Shown here piece by piece: positions 37,701 through 48,989 of a DNA stretch of 64,000 nt (position 1 is the stretch's first letter; every line of letters starts with the position of its first letter). The stretch is from Azolla caroliniana. Its lineage: Eukaryota > Plantae > Polypodiophyta. The notes under the pieces are model-generated. The model saw only the letters and a list, made by a program, of their open reading frames with translations, was not told the DNA's origin and searched no databases. The stretch covers positions 18,910,001 through 18,974,000 of the forward strand of contig JBHGNT010000003.1 of the NCBI GenBank assembly GCA_043228905.1, given 5' to 3'. The translations under genes and the position numbers were made by a program.

Positions 37701-37783
37701 TGTTTTATTTCCCGTTTTCTGTGTATCATTCTAAGCTCGGTTGTGGCCGAGCGTTGTGCATAAGGAGCGTTGAGTTCCTGGCA
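31715..37783 (+). mobile_element. Ty1/Copia element (Copia-2, Tnt1-like) with internal 545-bp duplication
   Basis: 5' LTR 31715-32413, PBS 32416-32427, partial LTR 36500-36791, full 3' LTR 37045-37783, TSD TATAT. Confidence 0.95.
32599..36489 (+). CDS. Copia gag-pol polyprotein (1296-aa ORF; true start ~32443 interrupted by a TAG at ~32550)
   Basis: CFYCGKPGHFQKNC, VDSGASFH, RTDNGREY, YVDDML, TEAEY, HIQRRYHWIRE. Confidence 0.92.
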   Translation: MMHMKTTTYIRCFIDMSMYNNFNEESKAHELWENIGIMFQNKNVVNQVSVFRKLVRLWYQDGSSMEEHMNAFQGLIHQAMSLEVPLADEVLALLLIGSLSDSWETLVVTLGNAGPEGKRLSLAIVKSSLLDEEVRRKDKDTSSDSKALLTESERGRHRNRSPQNREKSGTRSKSRGRPTCFYCGKPGHFQKNCRHFRKDKETDGTDSKQTPDRNGKDHRGSDRKGMTAITASEEELMLITEESEINLAGDEMTWVVDSGASFHLTPNWKYFSSYSADDHGCVRMGNEGTCRIVGIGDVWLSTPTGCKMLLRDVRHVPEVRLNLISAGRLDDEGYTGSIRNGVMKFSKGSLIVARARKVNTLYLMNARLCPEEVNVASDTAGELWHKRLCHMSEKGMKRLADDNLILVKNVHLEKCTDCLAGKQNQTSFQPRPPMRRNAPLQLVHTDVCQVDTKSHVGAQYFVTFIDDHSRKLWATPLKTKDQVLSVFKELHARVERETGRKLKAVRTDNGREYRGQFEEYCRSKGIRLEFTVPKTPELNGLAERMNRTIMERVRSMLTHAKLPKKFWAEALSTATYVINRSPSVPLDGDTPQRVWTGKEVSYRHLKVFGCLAYVHVAKDRRGKLDPKTLPCIFLGYGDDEFDYRVWDPVDKKVFRSRDIIFMEDKTLADWESEKKIMNSESTGKDRLYDEQTQPARDRLALEEPAGYGEDTELAEEEVDEVETGTGLDPESDSDEEQIEEPATEAQRRRYPLRERRAPRRFLDAEHVLLTDEGEPESFKEAKEDTHSRKWLSAMQDEMDSLHENHTYELVELPKGKRALRNKWVYKLKPGDAGNPPRYKARIVVKGFQQKKGVDFDEIFAPVVKMTSIRTVLSIAVSMDLEVEQLDVKTAFLHGNLEEEIYMQQPEGFVENGKEHLVCRLKKSLYGLKQAPRQWYRKFDSFMTDQGYHKMQADHCVFVKKFEGGDFLILLLYVDDMLIVGRDQVKIQMLKKALNRTFSMKDLGPARQMLGMHIIRNRSAKQLWLSQEKYVTKVLHRFNMSDAKPVGLTLPANCKLSGKQSPKTKAEKTDMMTIPYASAVGSLMYAMVCTRPDIGYVVGVVSRFMSNPSKEHWNAVKWILRYLKGTSNMCLRFGSGKPQLDGFTDSDMSADVDTSRSTSGYVMTYAGGAVSWQSRLQKTVALSTTEAEYMAAVEAGKEILWMKDFIGELGIRQEEYRLYCDSQSAIHLAKNAAYHSRTKHIQRRYHWIRERVDDQEFTLTKIHTAENGSDMLTKVLTPDKLSACRKRIGLVRHPMPE

Positions 37784-38261
37784 TATATGAAATAAGAAAG
37801 GAGAGAGAGAAAGAAGGGTGTCGATCCACCCGACCATCCCCGAGCGAAGGGATCGAGATGGACTCGAGCCTTGATTGGCGTCCCATACCGCCGTCGTGGC
37901 GTCGAGTCATACATGGTGTTGGCGTGCTCGCTACAAGAGTTGACCCACCACAAGAACAAAGTCTCGACGTAGTCAAGAGATAATGAAATGAGGGTAGCTA
38001 GGCCTCATATTTATAGCAAGACCCAAGGCCCCCATGCAAGTTCACACTTGGCCTAATGGGTTGTCTCAATCCCGAGGATTAAAAGTAATCCTCCCCTTCT
38101 TTACACTCTCGTTTAACCCTCACACTTATCCACGTGTATAGAATACTACGATAAATTCTCACCACGGGATATTATATGGTCATGCCCGTAACACTAACCA
38201 AGCCACTCAACGTATTTCATTATGGGCTCACTCCTTCAAACCCTATGTGTGGGCCGTCCGG

Positions 38262-41200
38262 GATTACTTATGGGTGATTTCAACATGTGTATTGATGCAT
38301 CTCAATCTATATTTGAACATTCAATCATGGATGTTCCTGAGCAACTTGCTTGGGATTTGTTGGCTATGGAGGTTCTGAAGTTGGATGTTTGGACATAAGT
38401 TGCATGGGAATGATTCATGTTTTACATTCTAATATGTTCAACATAGACAAACATTGAGTCGGTTAAATAGAATGTATGTGGTGCACGATGATTCTTTTTT
38501 ACCAACATCACATCGTATGACAGTTTTACAAGATGTAGGAACTTCATATCACTTTCCTATTTGTTTGGAGGTTTGTAGTCGTGCAATTGACATGTATAAA
38601 TCCTTACTTGAAAAGCCTCCATTACGCGTTAACTCTTCTCTTTTGCTTCAACCTCCCTTTGATTCTCTCATGGATCAAATTTTGGTAATTTTGTCACAAG
38701 AAGTGAATCTTAAAGGAGTTAAAGCATGGGATATCACGTTACGAAACATTAAGATCATTCATTGTATGTATGGAGTAACTAATGCTCAACGAAGAAGAGG
38801 TCTTCTTTGACAATTCTCACAAGTTCTCTCCAGGTGTAATGCATTATTGGTACATGCACCATTAGATGAGGAGGTTTTGGATATCCAAAGTCAATTGCAG
38901 GTTATTATTTCTCAATTGTAATGCCAAAGTTATCTTTATGCGAAGATGCGTCAACTGAAGGATGGGCTCATAGATAATCAATTGATATCAATCTCATTTG
39001 TTTTTCCAAGTGTTACATCCTACTTATGCTCGATCTAATGTGGTACATGTGAAGCAAGGGGATGAATTGATGTTCATTACTTTAAGGAGTTGATTGGCCC
39101 ATAATTGTTAATGACAAATGAGGTGAGTAGAGCATGTCATGAGTTTTATGATGTGGTTGGATGTATTGTGCATGACCTCATTAGTCATGAATTGGATGCA
39201 GATTTCGCTAAGGATGAGATGGCCACGGTTTTAAGGCATCTTCCTAGTGGTAAGAACCTTGGTTGGGACGGCTTGACAAATGAAGTTTTTAAGCGATATT
39301 CGAACATTTTAAAGGGGTCCTTAACTTTGATGTTTCAACATACTTGGGATGTTGGTTGCCTGCCTCAAGCTTGGAAGGTTGGTCTAATTAAATTAGTTCC
39401 AATTGTGGCATTTCCCTAGTCATTTCATCAATGGAGACCTATTTCTTTGATGGGGGGATTGTATAAGATATTTACAAAGGACTTGGCAAATAGATTACAA
39501 AATTATTTGCCAAAGTTGATACATCCCACCTAATATGGTTTTATTGCAAGTAGGAATATATTGCATAATGTGTTGAATGTTCAAATGGCCATGGATTATG
39601 CTCAAAACACTCATCAAGAATTGATTATGGTCCAATTAGATTTGGAGAAAGCTTATGATCATGTTAATTGGTCCTTTGTTTCTAGGTTAATGGATACAAT
39701 CGGCTTTGGACCTCGTATGTCTCGCCTCATATTTTTATTAGGACAACATGCGATGTCTTGAATAATGCTTAATGGGGGAGTTACATTAGATATTGCCCTC
39801 ACAAGATCCGTTTGTCAAGGATGCCCTCTTAGCCCATTCTTATTTGTGATTGTTGGTCATCCCTTGTTAGTGATGCTATCAAGGCTTGCAACAAATGGTG
39901 ACATTGTGGGTTTACACCTTCCGTATATAGGGCAACTAGTAGCACAAGCTTTGGTTGATGATTCTTTCATGTTTCTACAAGCCTCACGAGAGAATCTTGA
40001 GAAGGGGATGCTTGTATGGAACCAATTTGCATTGGCTTCCGGATTATATATTAATTGGAGGAAGTCTAGTCTCATATCATGTACTGAAAGGAATTTGGAA
40101 TCTTTAGAATGGCAAGGATCCGTGGTGAAGAACGACTCTATCTTTTGACACTTGGGCTATCCATTAGGAATGAACGTTACAAATGGTCAATTGATTGAAT
40201 GGATGTCTAGTAAATTGAGGGATAAGTTCATGTATTGGAAGTCAGAATCTTGGTCATTTCATGTACGCTTGAAGGTTGTACAATGTATTATGAAACCCAT
40301 GATATTATATTCTTGCCATTGTTGCCATAAACAAAGAAGGCTTTGCATTCTGTTTTGCAACCTCTTCTATATTTGTTGTGGAAGAAGAGGGATAAGATGG
40401 GAATCACTTGGGTTGCGTGGAATCATCTAGCAACCCCTAAGCGCTTGGGGGGAGTTGGAATATTGAACTTATCTATGCATATGATGGCTCGTAGATTTTC
40501 ATTATTACAATACATGTGTTCAAACTCATAACCATGGATATCTATTGTTCAATATTTCATTGAGACCAAGAACAAGGGTTTAACACATGGGAGGACAACG
40601 ATTAAAGCTTCATGGTGGCAATTATTGAATGGACGTATTTCACTTAGGATTTTGGGCTCTTCATGTGTTCAACACTTGGTTACCTCATGGCAAGAAGCAC
40701 TCTTGTTATGTGTATGGAAACCATCATCTAGTAGAGAGAATTGTAATTCTTTATAAAAAGAGTTACTTGTGTCTTCTCGGTTATTATGTTGGCTGGGAAA
40801 GGATAGTTTGCACTCTCAATTTAATCATTTGTTTCGTGTGGGGGTGAAAGAGGCGGGAGATATAGTTGAGGCTCCATCTTCAAAGAATTTTGGAGTTTGT
40901 TGAAGCACAACAATTATTACGCAAGCTGCCTAATTATGGGTTTATTTGGTAACAACTACAAAATATTGCATTGATGCAAGGTCCCTTACCTCTACAAACA
41001 GGGGAACAACTATGGATTGATTGGTGTTTACGGGGTCAAACGACATTGTTACAAGTGACTACTAATCTTTTGTATTATTGCTTTGTTGAGTCTCTTGGAT
41101 GGTTATCATCTAAGGCTGAAGAAGAATGGAAAATACACAAATCTGATCATGGGTGGTGGCAGATCTTACAACGTAGTTGGCATTCTAAATTGCCACTTGT

Positions 41201-41745
41201 AGCAAAGGTCTTCATTTGGAGAGTTTTGATTGGAGGATTGCCTTTGGGATTAACTCTAAAGCATCGTGGACTAGCAACGGGTAATTGCTTCTTTTGCACT
41301 GTTCAAATGGAAGATAGTACTCATCGATTTATACTATGTATGATTGCTTGAAAGCTACATTTCGCAAATTTGGCAAGTTTTATCATGATGTTATTTGACC
41401 TCTCAACAGTGGGTGTTTGCACAATTTACACAAGTTGACCCAAAATCTGAGATGGAGATTGTTTTTCTACTTCTGAGATATAATAATTGGAACATGCGCA
41501 GCGTTTTTTATGGTAGACATGGAATGAAAGCGTATCTACGAAAGTTGAAGGGAGTACTAATGTGGCAATTTTCTTTATTGGAGCAAGTGGAAATTCTTTC
41601 CTCATTGGAGTGTTTGTCTTGCCTGTTGGCAATTCAACATGTTCCACTACCCATGTAGTGGGTAACCATACTCCATTGTCACACCCATTGCAAGTAATGC
41701 TTTTTACACACATTTATTAATATAATTCTGTGTTTTCACCAAAGA
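38262..41745 (+). pseudogene. LINE (L1/Tx1-like) ORF2 remnant, copy 1
   Basis: APE motifs (MGDFNM, SRLNRMY, SYHFPI), RT (LDLEKAYDHVNW, QGCPLSPFLF, VDDS), zf-RVT (CFFCTVQMEDSTHRFILC); many stops; ends TTCACCAAAGAGA. Confidence 0.9.
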
Positions 41746-42090
41746 GATAGATAGATTATAGATAGATTATATTATCGTCTTCAGAGGTCAAATATGACCT
41801 ATGAGACCAAAAATATTACATTTCACGTGATACGTGTGAAGATGAGTAGCGATTCTCGATGTTCAAGAACTTTACCAATGAATGTTGCAATCGAGAGTGC
41901 ACATCGTGGTTGTGAGAGAAATTCGTGCAAGGATTGGGCTCGATCAAGGAGATGTGGAAAGCATGGTCGAATATGATCAAAGGTAGAGCATTGTATCAAA
42001 GTGTGATACTCAGACTCTCGAACTTGTTTAGGGAAAAGTATGCATAGTCGGCCATTCTCATCACAAAGAGAGAGAGAGAGAGAGAGAGAG
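41746..42090. repeat. (GA)n-flanked dispersed element, copy 2
   Basis: Aligns with 8850-9030; ends CATCACAAA(GA)n. Confidence 0.75.
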
Positions 42091-45000
42091 ATGGTGTCTC
42101 GAGTAATTCTTAATGCGGGAATAACATAAGATATTTCCTTCATGAGATCTGTTCGTCAAGGGTGCCCACTTAGCCTATTGTTGTTTGTTATTGTTACTCA
42201 TCTCTCGTTAGTGATGTTATCAAGGCTTGCAACAAATAATGACATTGTAGCTCTACACCTTTCTTCTGGAGGGCAAATGGTAGCGTAAGCTTTGGCAGAT
42301 GATTCTTTTATAGAAGGGGATGCTTGTATGGAACCAATTTGCATTGGCTTCTGGAAAACATATTAATTCGAGGAAGTCTAATATCATAGCATGTACTGAA
42401 AGGGATTTGAAATGTTTAGGATGGGAAGGATTCGTGGTTAGGAAAGGCTCTATTTTTCGACACTTGGGGTATCCATTGGGAATGAACGTTACAAATGGTC
42501 AATTGATTGAATAAATGTTAAGTTAGGGAATAAGCTCATGTATTGGAAATCAAAATCTTGGCCATTTCATGTATTCGAAATCACAAACTTGGCCATTTCA
42601 TGTATTCAAAATCACAATGTAATATGGAACCCATGATATTATATTGCTTGTCATTGATGTTGTGGACAAAGAAGGCTTTGCATTTTGTTTTGCAACCTCT
42701 TCAATATTTGTTGTGGAGGAATAGGGATAAGATGGGAATCACATGGGTTGCATGAAATCATCTAGCAACCCCTAAGCGCTTGGGGGGAGCTCGAATATTG
42801 GACTTATCTATACATATGATGGCTTGTAGATTTTCATTATTATAAGACATGTATGTGTTCAGACTCACAACCATGGATATATATTGTTCAATATTTGATT
42901 GAGAACAAGGGTTTAACACATGGGAGGACAACTGTAATTAACGCTTCATAGTGGCAATTCTTGAACGGGTGTATTTCAGTTAATATTCCCGAATCTTCAT
43001 GTGTTCAAAAAATTGGTTATATCATTGCAAGAAGCACTCTCATTATGTATATTGTTCGATATAGCAAGAAACACTCTCATTATGTATATTGTTCGATATG
43101 GCAAGAAGCGCTCTCATTGGTTATCTTATGATGGCTTGTATATATTCATTATTGTAAGACATGTGTTCAGACTCACAACCATGGATATATATTGTTCAAT
43201 ATTTCATTGAGAACAAGGGTTTAACACATGGGAGGAAAACTATAATTAACGCTTCATAGTGGCAATTCCTGGACGGGTGTATTTCAGTTAATATTCCTGA
43301 CTCTTCATGTGTTCAAAAAATTGTTTATCTCATGGCAAGAAGCGCTCTCATTATGTGTATGGTGTTGAGAAATCGTTGCGGAATTAATCACAATAACCAA
43401 ACGAAGCTGAAATACGAATCACAGAAATGCCAGAAAAACAAGATAAACATATGTACACAGAGATTTACGTGGAAACCCTAAAACGGGGGAAACCACGGGA
43501 ACAGAACTTCACTCTACAAAGTGGATATACAACACCGAGAGGAATACAACACTCTGTCGAGTGTATCAGCCGCACAGGGCTCTTCACGTCTGTTGTTACT
43601 TGCACAGCTATGGCACAGCTCACACTTCTCTCTCTCTCTCACGCTCTCTCTCTCTATTTCTACTACCTCTACACTTACACTGTTCTGCACTTACATAAAG
43701 TTTGCCCTAGTTGTATATATACTTACACAACTTTCTGGCTATTTACATACGTAGCCCTCATGGGGCGCACACTTAGACTATTTACAAGTATAGTCACCTG
43801 AGTTGGCTATTTACACGATTTCGGTTTCGGCCTTGGCCGAGTTCCTCATCAACTCGACTCCTGTTTACCGACTCTTCGATTGTCGACTTTCCGAACAGTC
43901 GGATCATCCTCCCACTGGAGTGATATATTCCTAACAAACTCCCCCTTCACTCCTGTGGGAGGAAATCTGTCAGTCCTATATTTTGTCGACAGACTCTGAG
44001 TCTGTCCATAGGTAGGTTCTTTGTCAGCATGTCCGATCCATTGTCGTTGGTATGGATCTTCACAAGAGAAAACTCTCCTTCTTCGACTCTCTCGTGCAAC
44101 CAGTGATACCGTCTCTGTATGTGCTTGGTCCAGGAGTGGTATGCCGCGTTCTTGGCTAGGAGTGGGTATCTTCGTCCACTCGTTGTTGGCTCCAGTCCGG
44201 ATGTCTCTGCCAACTCTTCTCTCTGCTCGGGATTCTGCTCATCAATCGGCATCTCTAGGTTGGACAGCTCCAACTCATATTCCTCAATTGATTTTAGCAA
44301 GTATGTCGACTCTGACTCATAGTCTGTCGGTCTTTCCGAGTCGACCGACTCGGATTCAGCTCTGTCGACCAGCTATCTCCTTACAGCTGCCGGTGACGTC
44401 TCACTTGGCCTTAAGTCGATGGTAGTCGAGGTTGACTAGGGAGTCGGTTCTAACTTCTGTTGCTTCCAATCTTCAATTGTCTTGTCTTCTAGAAAGACTA
44501 CATCCCAACTTCTCACTACCTTCTTGTCGCCTAGGTCCCATAGCCTGTAGCCAAACTCATCTTCCGAGTATCCCATGAATATGCATGCTTTCGACTTGTT
44601 GTCGAGCTTTGACCTCTAATCCTTTGGTACATGCATATACGCCAAGCATCCAAACACCCTCAGGTGTTGGTAGGAGACATCCTTCCCTATCCACACCCTT
44701 TGTGGGACACCACCCTTTAGAGGTACCGAGGGAGACTTGTTGATCAGATAAATAGTTGTGTACATCGCCTCAACCCAATAGGATTTCAGCAGTTTTGCAT
44801 GAGAGAGCATGCTCCTTACCCTCTCCATGATAGTTCGATTCATCCTCTTTGCAAGCCCGTTCAACTCTGGGGTCTTTGGTACTGTGTATTCAATTCGAAT
44901 ACCTTGGCATTTCCAGTATTCTTCAAACTGCCCTTTATACTCGCCACCATTGTCGGTTCAGACAACCTTCAGTTTCCACCCGACTCTCTTTCGGTTCTTG

Positions 45001-48000
45001 CCTGGAACTCCTTGAAAACCGATAGTACTTGATCCTTCGACTTCAGTACGAAGGCTCATGTTTTGCGACTATAGTCGTCAATCAATGTTGCAAAGTACTG
45101 TCCTCCTCGATGCGATGGAGCATCTACATAGCACACGTCCATGTGTACTAGTTCCAGTGCAGCTTCTCTTCTCCTCGATGGTCTCGAGTGGAATGTCGTC
45201 CTGTTCTGCTTTCCGGCTAAGCAGTCGACACACTTCTCCAGGTGCACTCCCTTGACTTATGGTAGAAGTTTCTGGTCTGCTAATAGGTGCATTCCCTTCT
45301 CACTCATGTGGCCTAGCCTCTTATGCCATATTTCCCCTGCCGAGTCGGTTGCCACGTTTACTTCCGATTTGCACAATCAGGCATGCATCATGTACAATGT
45401 GCCTTCTTTCTGTGCTCGGGCCACTATGAGATTTCCTCGGCAGAACTTCCACTTGCCATTCCGAAAGCTACCACTGTAGCCTTCGTCGTCAAGCCTTCCA
45501 GTCGATATCAGATTCAATCTGATATCGGGGACGTTTCGAACATCCTTCAACGTTAGTCGACACCTTGTCGACGTCGTTAAGCACACACTTCTAACTCCGG
45601 TTATCTTGCACTCTCCACTATCACCCATCTTTACATAGCCATGATCCCCAGCTATGTAAGTCAAGAAATACTCTCTCGACGGAGTAATATGGAAGGATGC
45701 GCCGGAGTCGATCACCCACGTGCAATCTTCACTCGCAAGATTTGCACTCGTCTGTTCACAAAAGAACAGTAGTTCTTCATTGCTCGTAGCAATGGCTGAA
45801 GTGTTCTTGTCATCCGGAATCTTCCGGGGTTCGACATTGTTTCCGACAGACTTATCTTTCTTCATGTGTCGGCAGTCCTTCTGGAAGTGTCCAGGTTTTC
45901 CGCAATAAAAGCACACAGGCTTACCTCTGGACTTCGATCTGGCGTGGGATTTGTCCGTTCGCTGCGGACTTCTTCTTTGTCGGTCCCTTCCTCTGTCCAT
46001 GTGTTGAGTTAGATTAGACTCCATTTGGGATTGGACTCCTTTGTCTTTCCACCTTGCCTCCTCATTTAGGATGCTTGTCCTTACCTCCTCATTTAGGATG
46101 CTCTTCTTGATAGGAGGTGTTGAGAGTAACCACCAGGTTCTCCCAGCTTTCCGGTAGTGTGCACATCAACAGGATGGCATGCATCGCATCATCCAGGGGA
46201 AACTTGGTCGCAACAAGTTGATTTACATACCCCATAAATGCATTGATGTGTTCGACGATGCTCTCACCGTCTCTGTATTTCAGCCGTACGATTTTTCTCA
46301 TCAACGAGGTTCTATTGAGCGCATTCTTCCTCTCATAAAGACCCAACAGCTTCTACCACATCTCATAAGCATTTGTGCCGTTCGCCACATGCTGAAGGAC
46401 ACTTACATCGACGCATTGTCGAATAGTGGCCATGGCCTTTCTGTTTAGGAGCTTCCAGTCCGACTCCAATACCCCCTGGGTATTTCTGCTCTGTCGACTG
46501 GCTCGTACAGGTCTTTTACTATGAGAGGGTCTTCCATCTTTATCTTCAAGTCTGCATAGTTCTGAGAGTTTAGAACTATCATACCTGGGAATCCGCTCAC
46601 ACCTCCTTCCATGCTTGCACCTCAAGCTCTGATACTAGTTTGTTGAGAAATCATTGCGGAATTAATCACAATAACCAGACGAAGCTGAAATACGAATCAC
46701 AGAAATGCTAGAAAAACAAGATAAACATATGTACACAGAGATTTACGTGGAAACCCTGAAACGGGGAAAACCATGGGAACAGAACTTCACTATACAAAGT
46801 GGATATACAACACCGAGAGGAATACAACACTCTGTCGAGTGTATCAGTCGCACAGGGCTCTTCGCCTCTGCTGTTACTCACAGAGCTATGGCGTGGCTCA
46901 CACTTCTCTCTCTCTCTCTCACGCTCTCTCTCTCTATTTCTACTACCTCTACACTTACACTGTTCTGCACTTACATAAAGTTTGCCCTAGTTGTATATAT
47001 ACGTACACAACTTTCTGGCTATTTACATACATAGCCCTCATAGGGCACACACTTAGACTATTTACAAGTATAGTCACCTGAGTTAGCTATTTACACGATT
47101 CCGGTTTCGGCCTCGGCCGAGTTCCTCATCAACTCAGCTCCTGTTTTCCGACTCTTCGACTGTTGGCTTTCCGAACAATCGGATCATCCTCCCACTGGAG
47201 TGACATATTCCCAACATATGGAAGCCACCATCTAGAACATATTCCCAACATATGACAACTTGTCTTCTCAATGATTATGTAGTCCTGAAAAGGAGAGATG
47301 ATCAAGCTGTCAATTTATATGTTTGTTTCGTTTGGGGGTCAAAAAGGTGGGAGATATAATTGAGCTTGCATCTCAAAGAATTTTGATGTTTGTTGAAGCG
47401 CAACAATTATTACGCATCCTGCCTATTATGGGTTTATCTAGCAACAACTACAAAATATTGCGTCAATGCAAGGTCCTTTACCTTTACAAACAAAAGAGCA
47501 ACCATGGATTGATTGGTGTTTACGAGGTCAGACGTCGTTTTTACAAGGACTACTAATCTTTTGTATCATTGCTCTGTTGAATCTCTTCGATGGCCATCAT
47601 CTAAGGTTGAAGATGAATGGAAAATATAGAACTCTGATCATGGATGGTGGCAGATCTTGAAATGTAGTCGACATTCCAATTTTCCATTCATAGCAAAGTC
47701 TTCATTTGGAGTTTTGATTGGGGGTTTTCTTTTGGGATTAGCTCTAAAGCAACGTGGACTAGCAACGGACAATTGGTTTATTTTGCATTGTTAAATGGAA
47801 GATAGTACTCATTGTTTCATACAATGTCCAATTGCTTGTCAATTTTGGTGTTACCTTTCTCAAATCTGGCAAGTTTTCACTATGTTATTTGATGCCAAGA
47901 CAATGGGTGTTTGCACAATTCACACATGTTGACCCAAAATCAGAGATGGAGATTGTTTTCCTATTTTTAAGGTATTGGGGATTGCATCATAATTGGGATA

Positions 48001-48135
48001 TGCGCAATGCTTTTATATTTGATAGTAGGCATGGAGTCAAAGCATATCTAAGAAAGTTGAAGGGCGTACAAATGTGGCAATTTTCTTTATTCGAGCAAGT
48101 GGAAATTCTTTCCTCAGTGGAGTGTTCATCGTCAT
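42091..48135 (+). pseudogene. LINE ORF2 remnant, copy 2 (5'-truncated, split by Copia-3)
   Basis: 42091-43362 and 47222-48135 are collinear with ~39750-41610 (RQGCPL, HLGYPLGMNVTNGQLIE, DPKSEMEIVF). Confidence 0.85.
43363..47216 (-). mobile_element. Copia-3, decayed deletion derivative lacking RT
   Basis: LTRs 43363-43936 and 46641-47216, TSD TATGG, PBS TAGTATCAGAGC, PPT GAAGGGGGAG; gag/PR/INT fragments join directly to the RNase H tail. Confidence 0.92.
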
Positions 48136-48989
48136 GAATTTGAGGCTTCACGATATCAAAATGATGTGAAGAAGCCTCAAATTCATGGAGTCAAAGCATA
48201 TCTAAGAAAGTTGAAGGGCGTACTATGTGGCAATTTTCTTTATTCGAGCAAGTGGAAATTCTTTCCTCAGTGGAGTGTTCATTGTCATGAATTTGAGGCT
48301 TCACGATATCAAAATGATGTGAAGAATGATATTGTCCCACCACCTAGAGCTTATGACAAGGAGCGTGTACAAATTTATGATTCATGAATCGGAGTTTGGA
48401 AGCCCAAGATACAACCTCCGACAGGATCATCTTAAGTTCAAGATTGTTAAAGACAAAAACGTAATTATGTCAAAGGGGGAGGTCGAGATAAAATAAGGTC
48501 GACTTTGTATTTTTCAAAAGGTGTAATTTTTTAATTGATATTGAAAAAAAACGTAACCGCACGTGCATCAAGCGGTGAGCAAATCACCTCAAGGAGGGTG
48601 GCAAAGGCCGTTTGCCCCCCCCCCCATGAAAGCCCCTCTCCTATGGTAGGAAAATGCATGAGAAAGCGAGTGAAGGATTTCCCAATGGTGAAGAAGGCAT
48701 GATGTTGCAAAGGCCACTGAAGAAGATGGTGGAGATGTATAAGCTGCATAATATAATATATAAACAAAGGAAAAAAAGGAAAGACATATGTTGAGGTGGT
48801 TTATCTCAAACCTTTCTTTATATTGAGAGGTCACGAGTTTGATTTTTGGCTAACCACTTCATTTTGGTAACTTCCATTAAGTAATTGCCATTGTGATGCA
48901 TTAATCGTTGAATTGTTGAGTTTTAAGTGGAATACTTCCATTAAGTAATTGTCATCATGATGTGATAATCGTTTTTCTTCCCATATGTT

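Larger units (their letters stand above)
31651..38193 (-). mobile_element. 5' LTR plus Met-PBS of another LTR element, split by Copia-2 (31665-31714 + 37789-38193)
   Basis: On -: TGTTACGGG...CTAACA followed by (T)CGGTATCAGAGC; TATA GCTATAAAT at ~38010. Confidence 0.65.
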
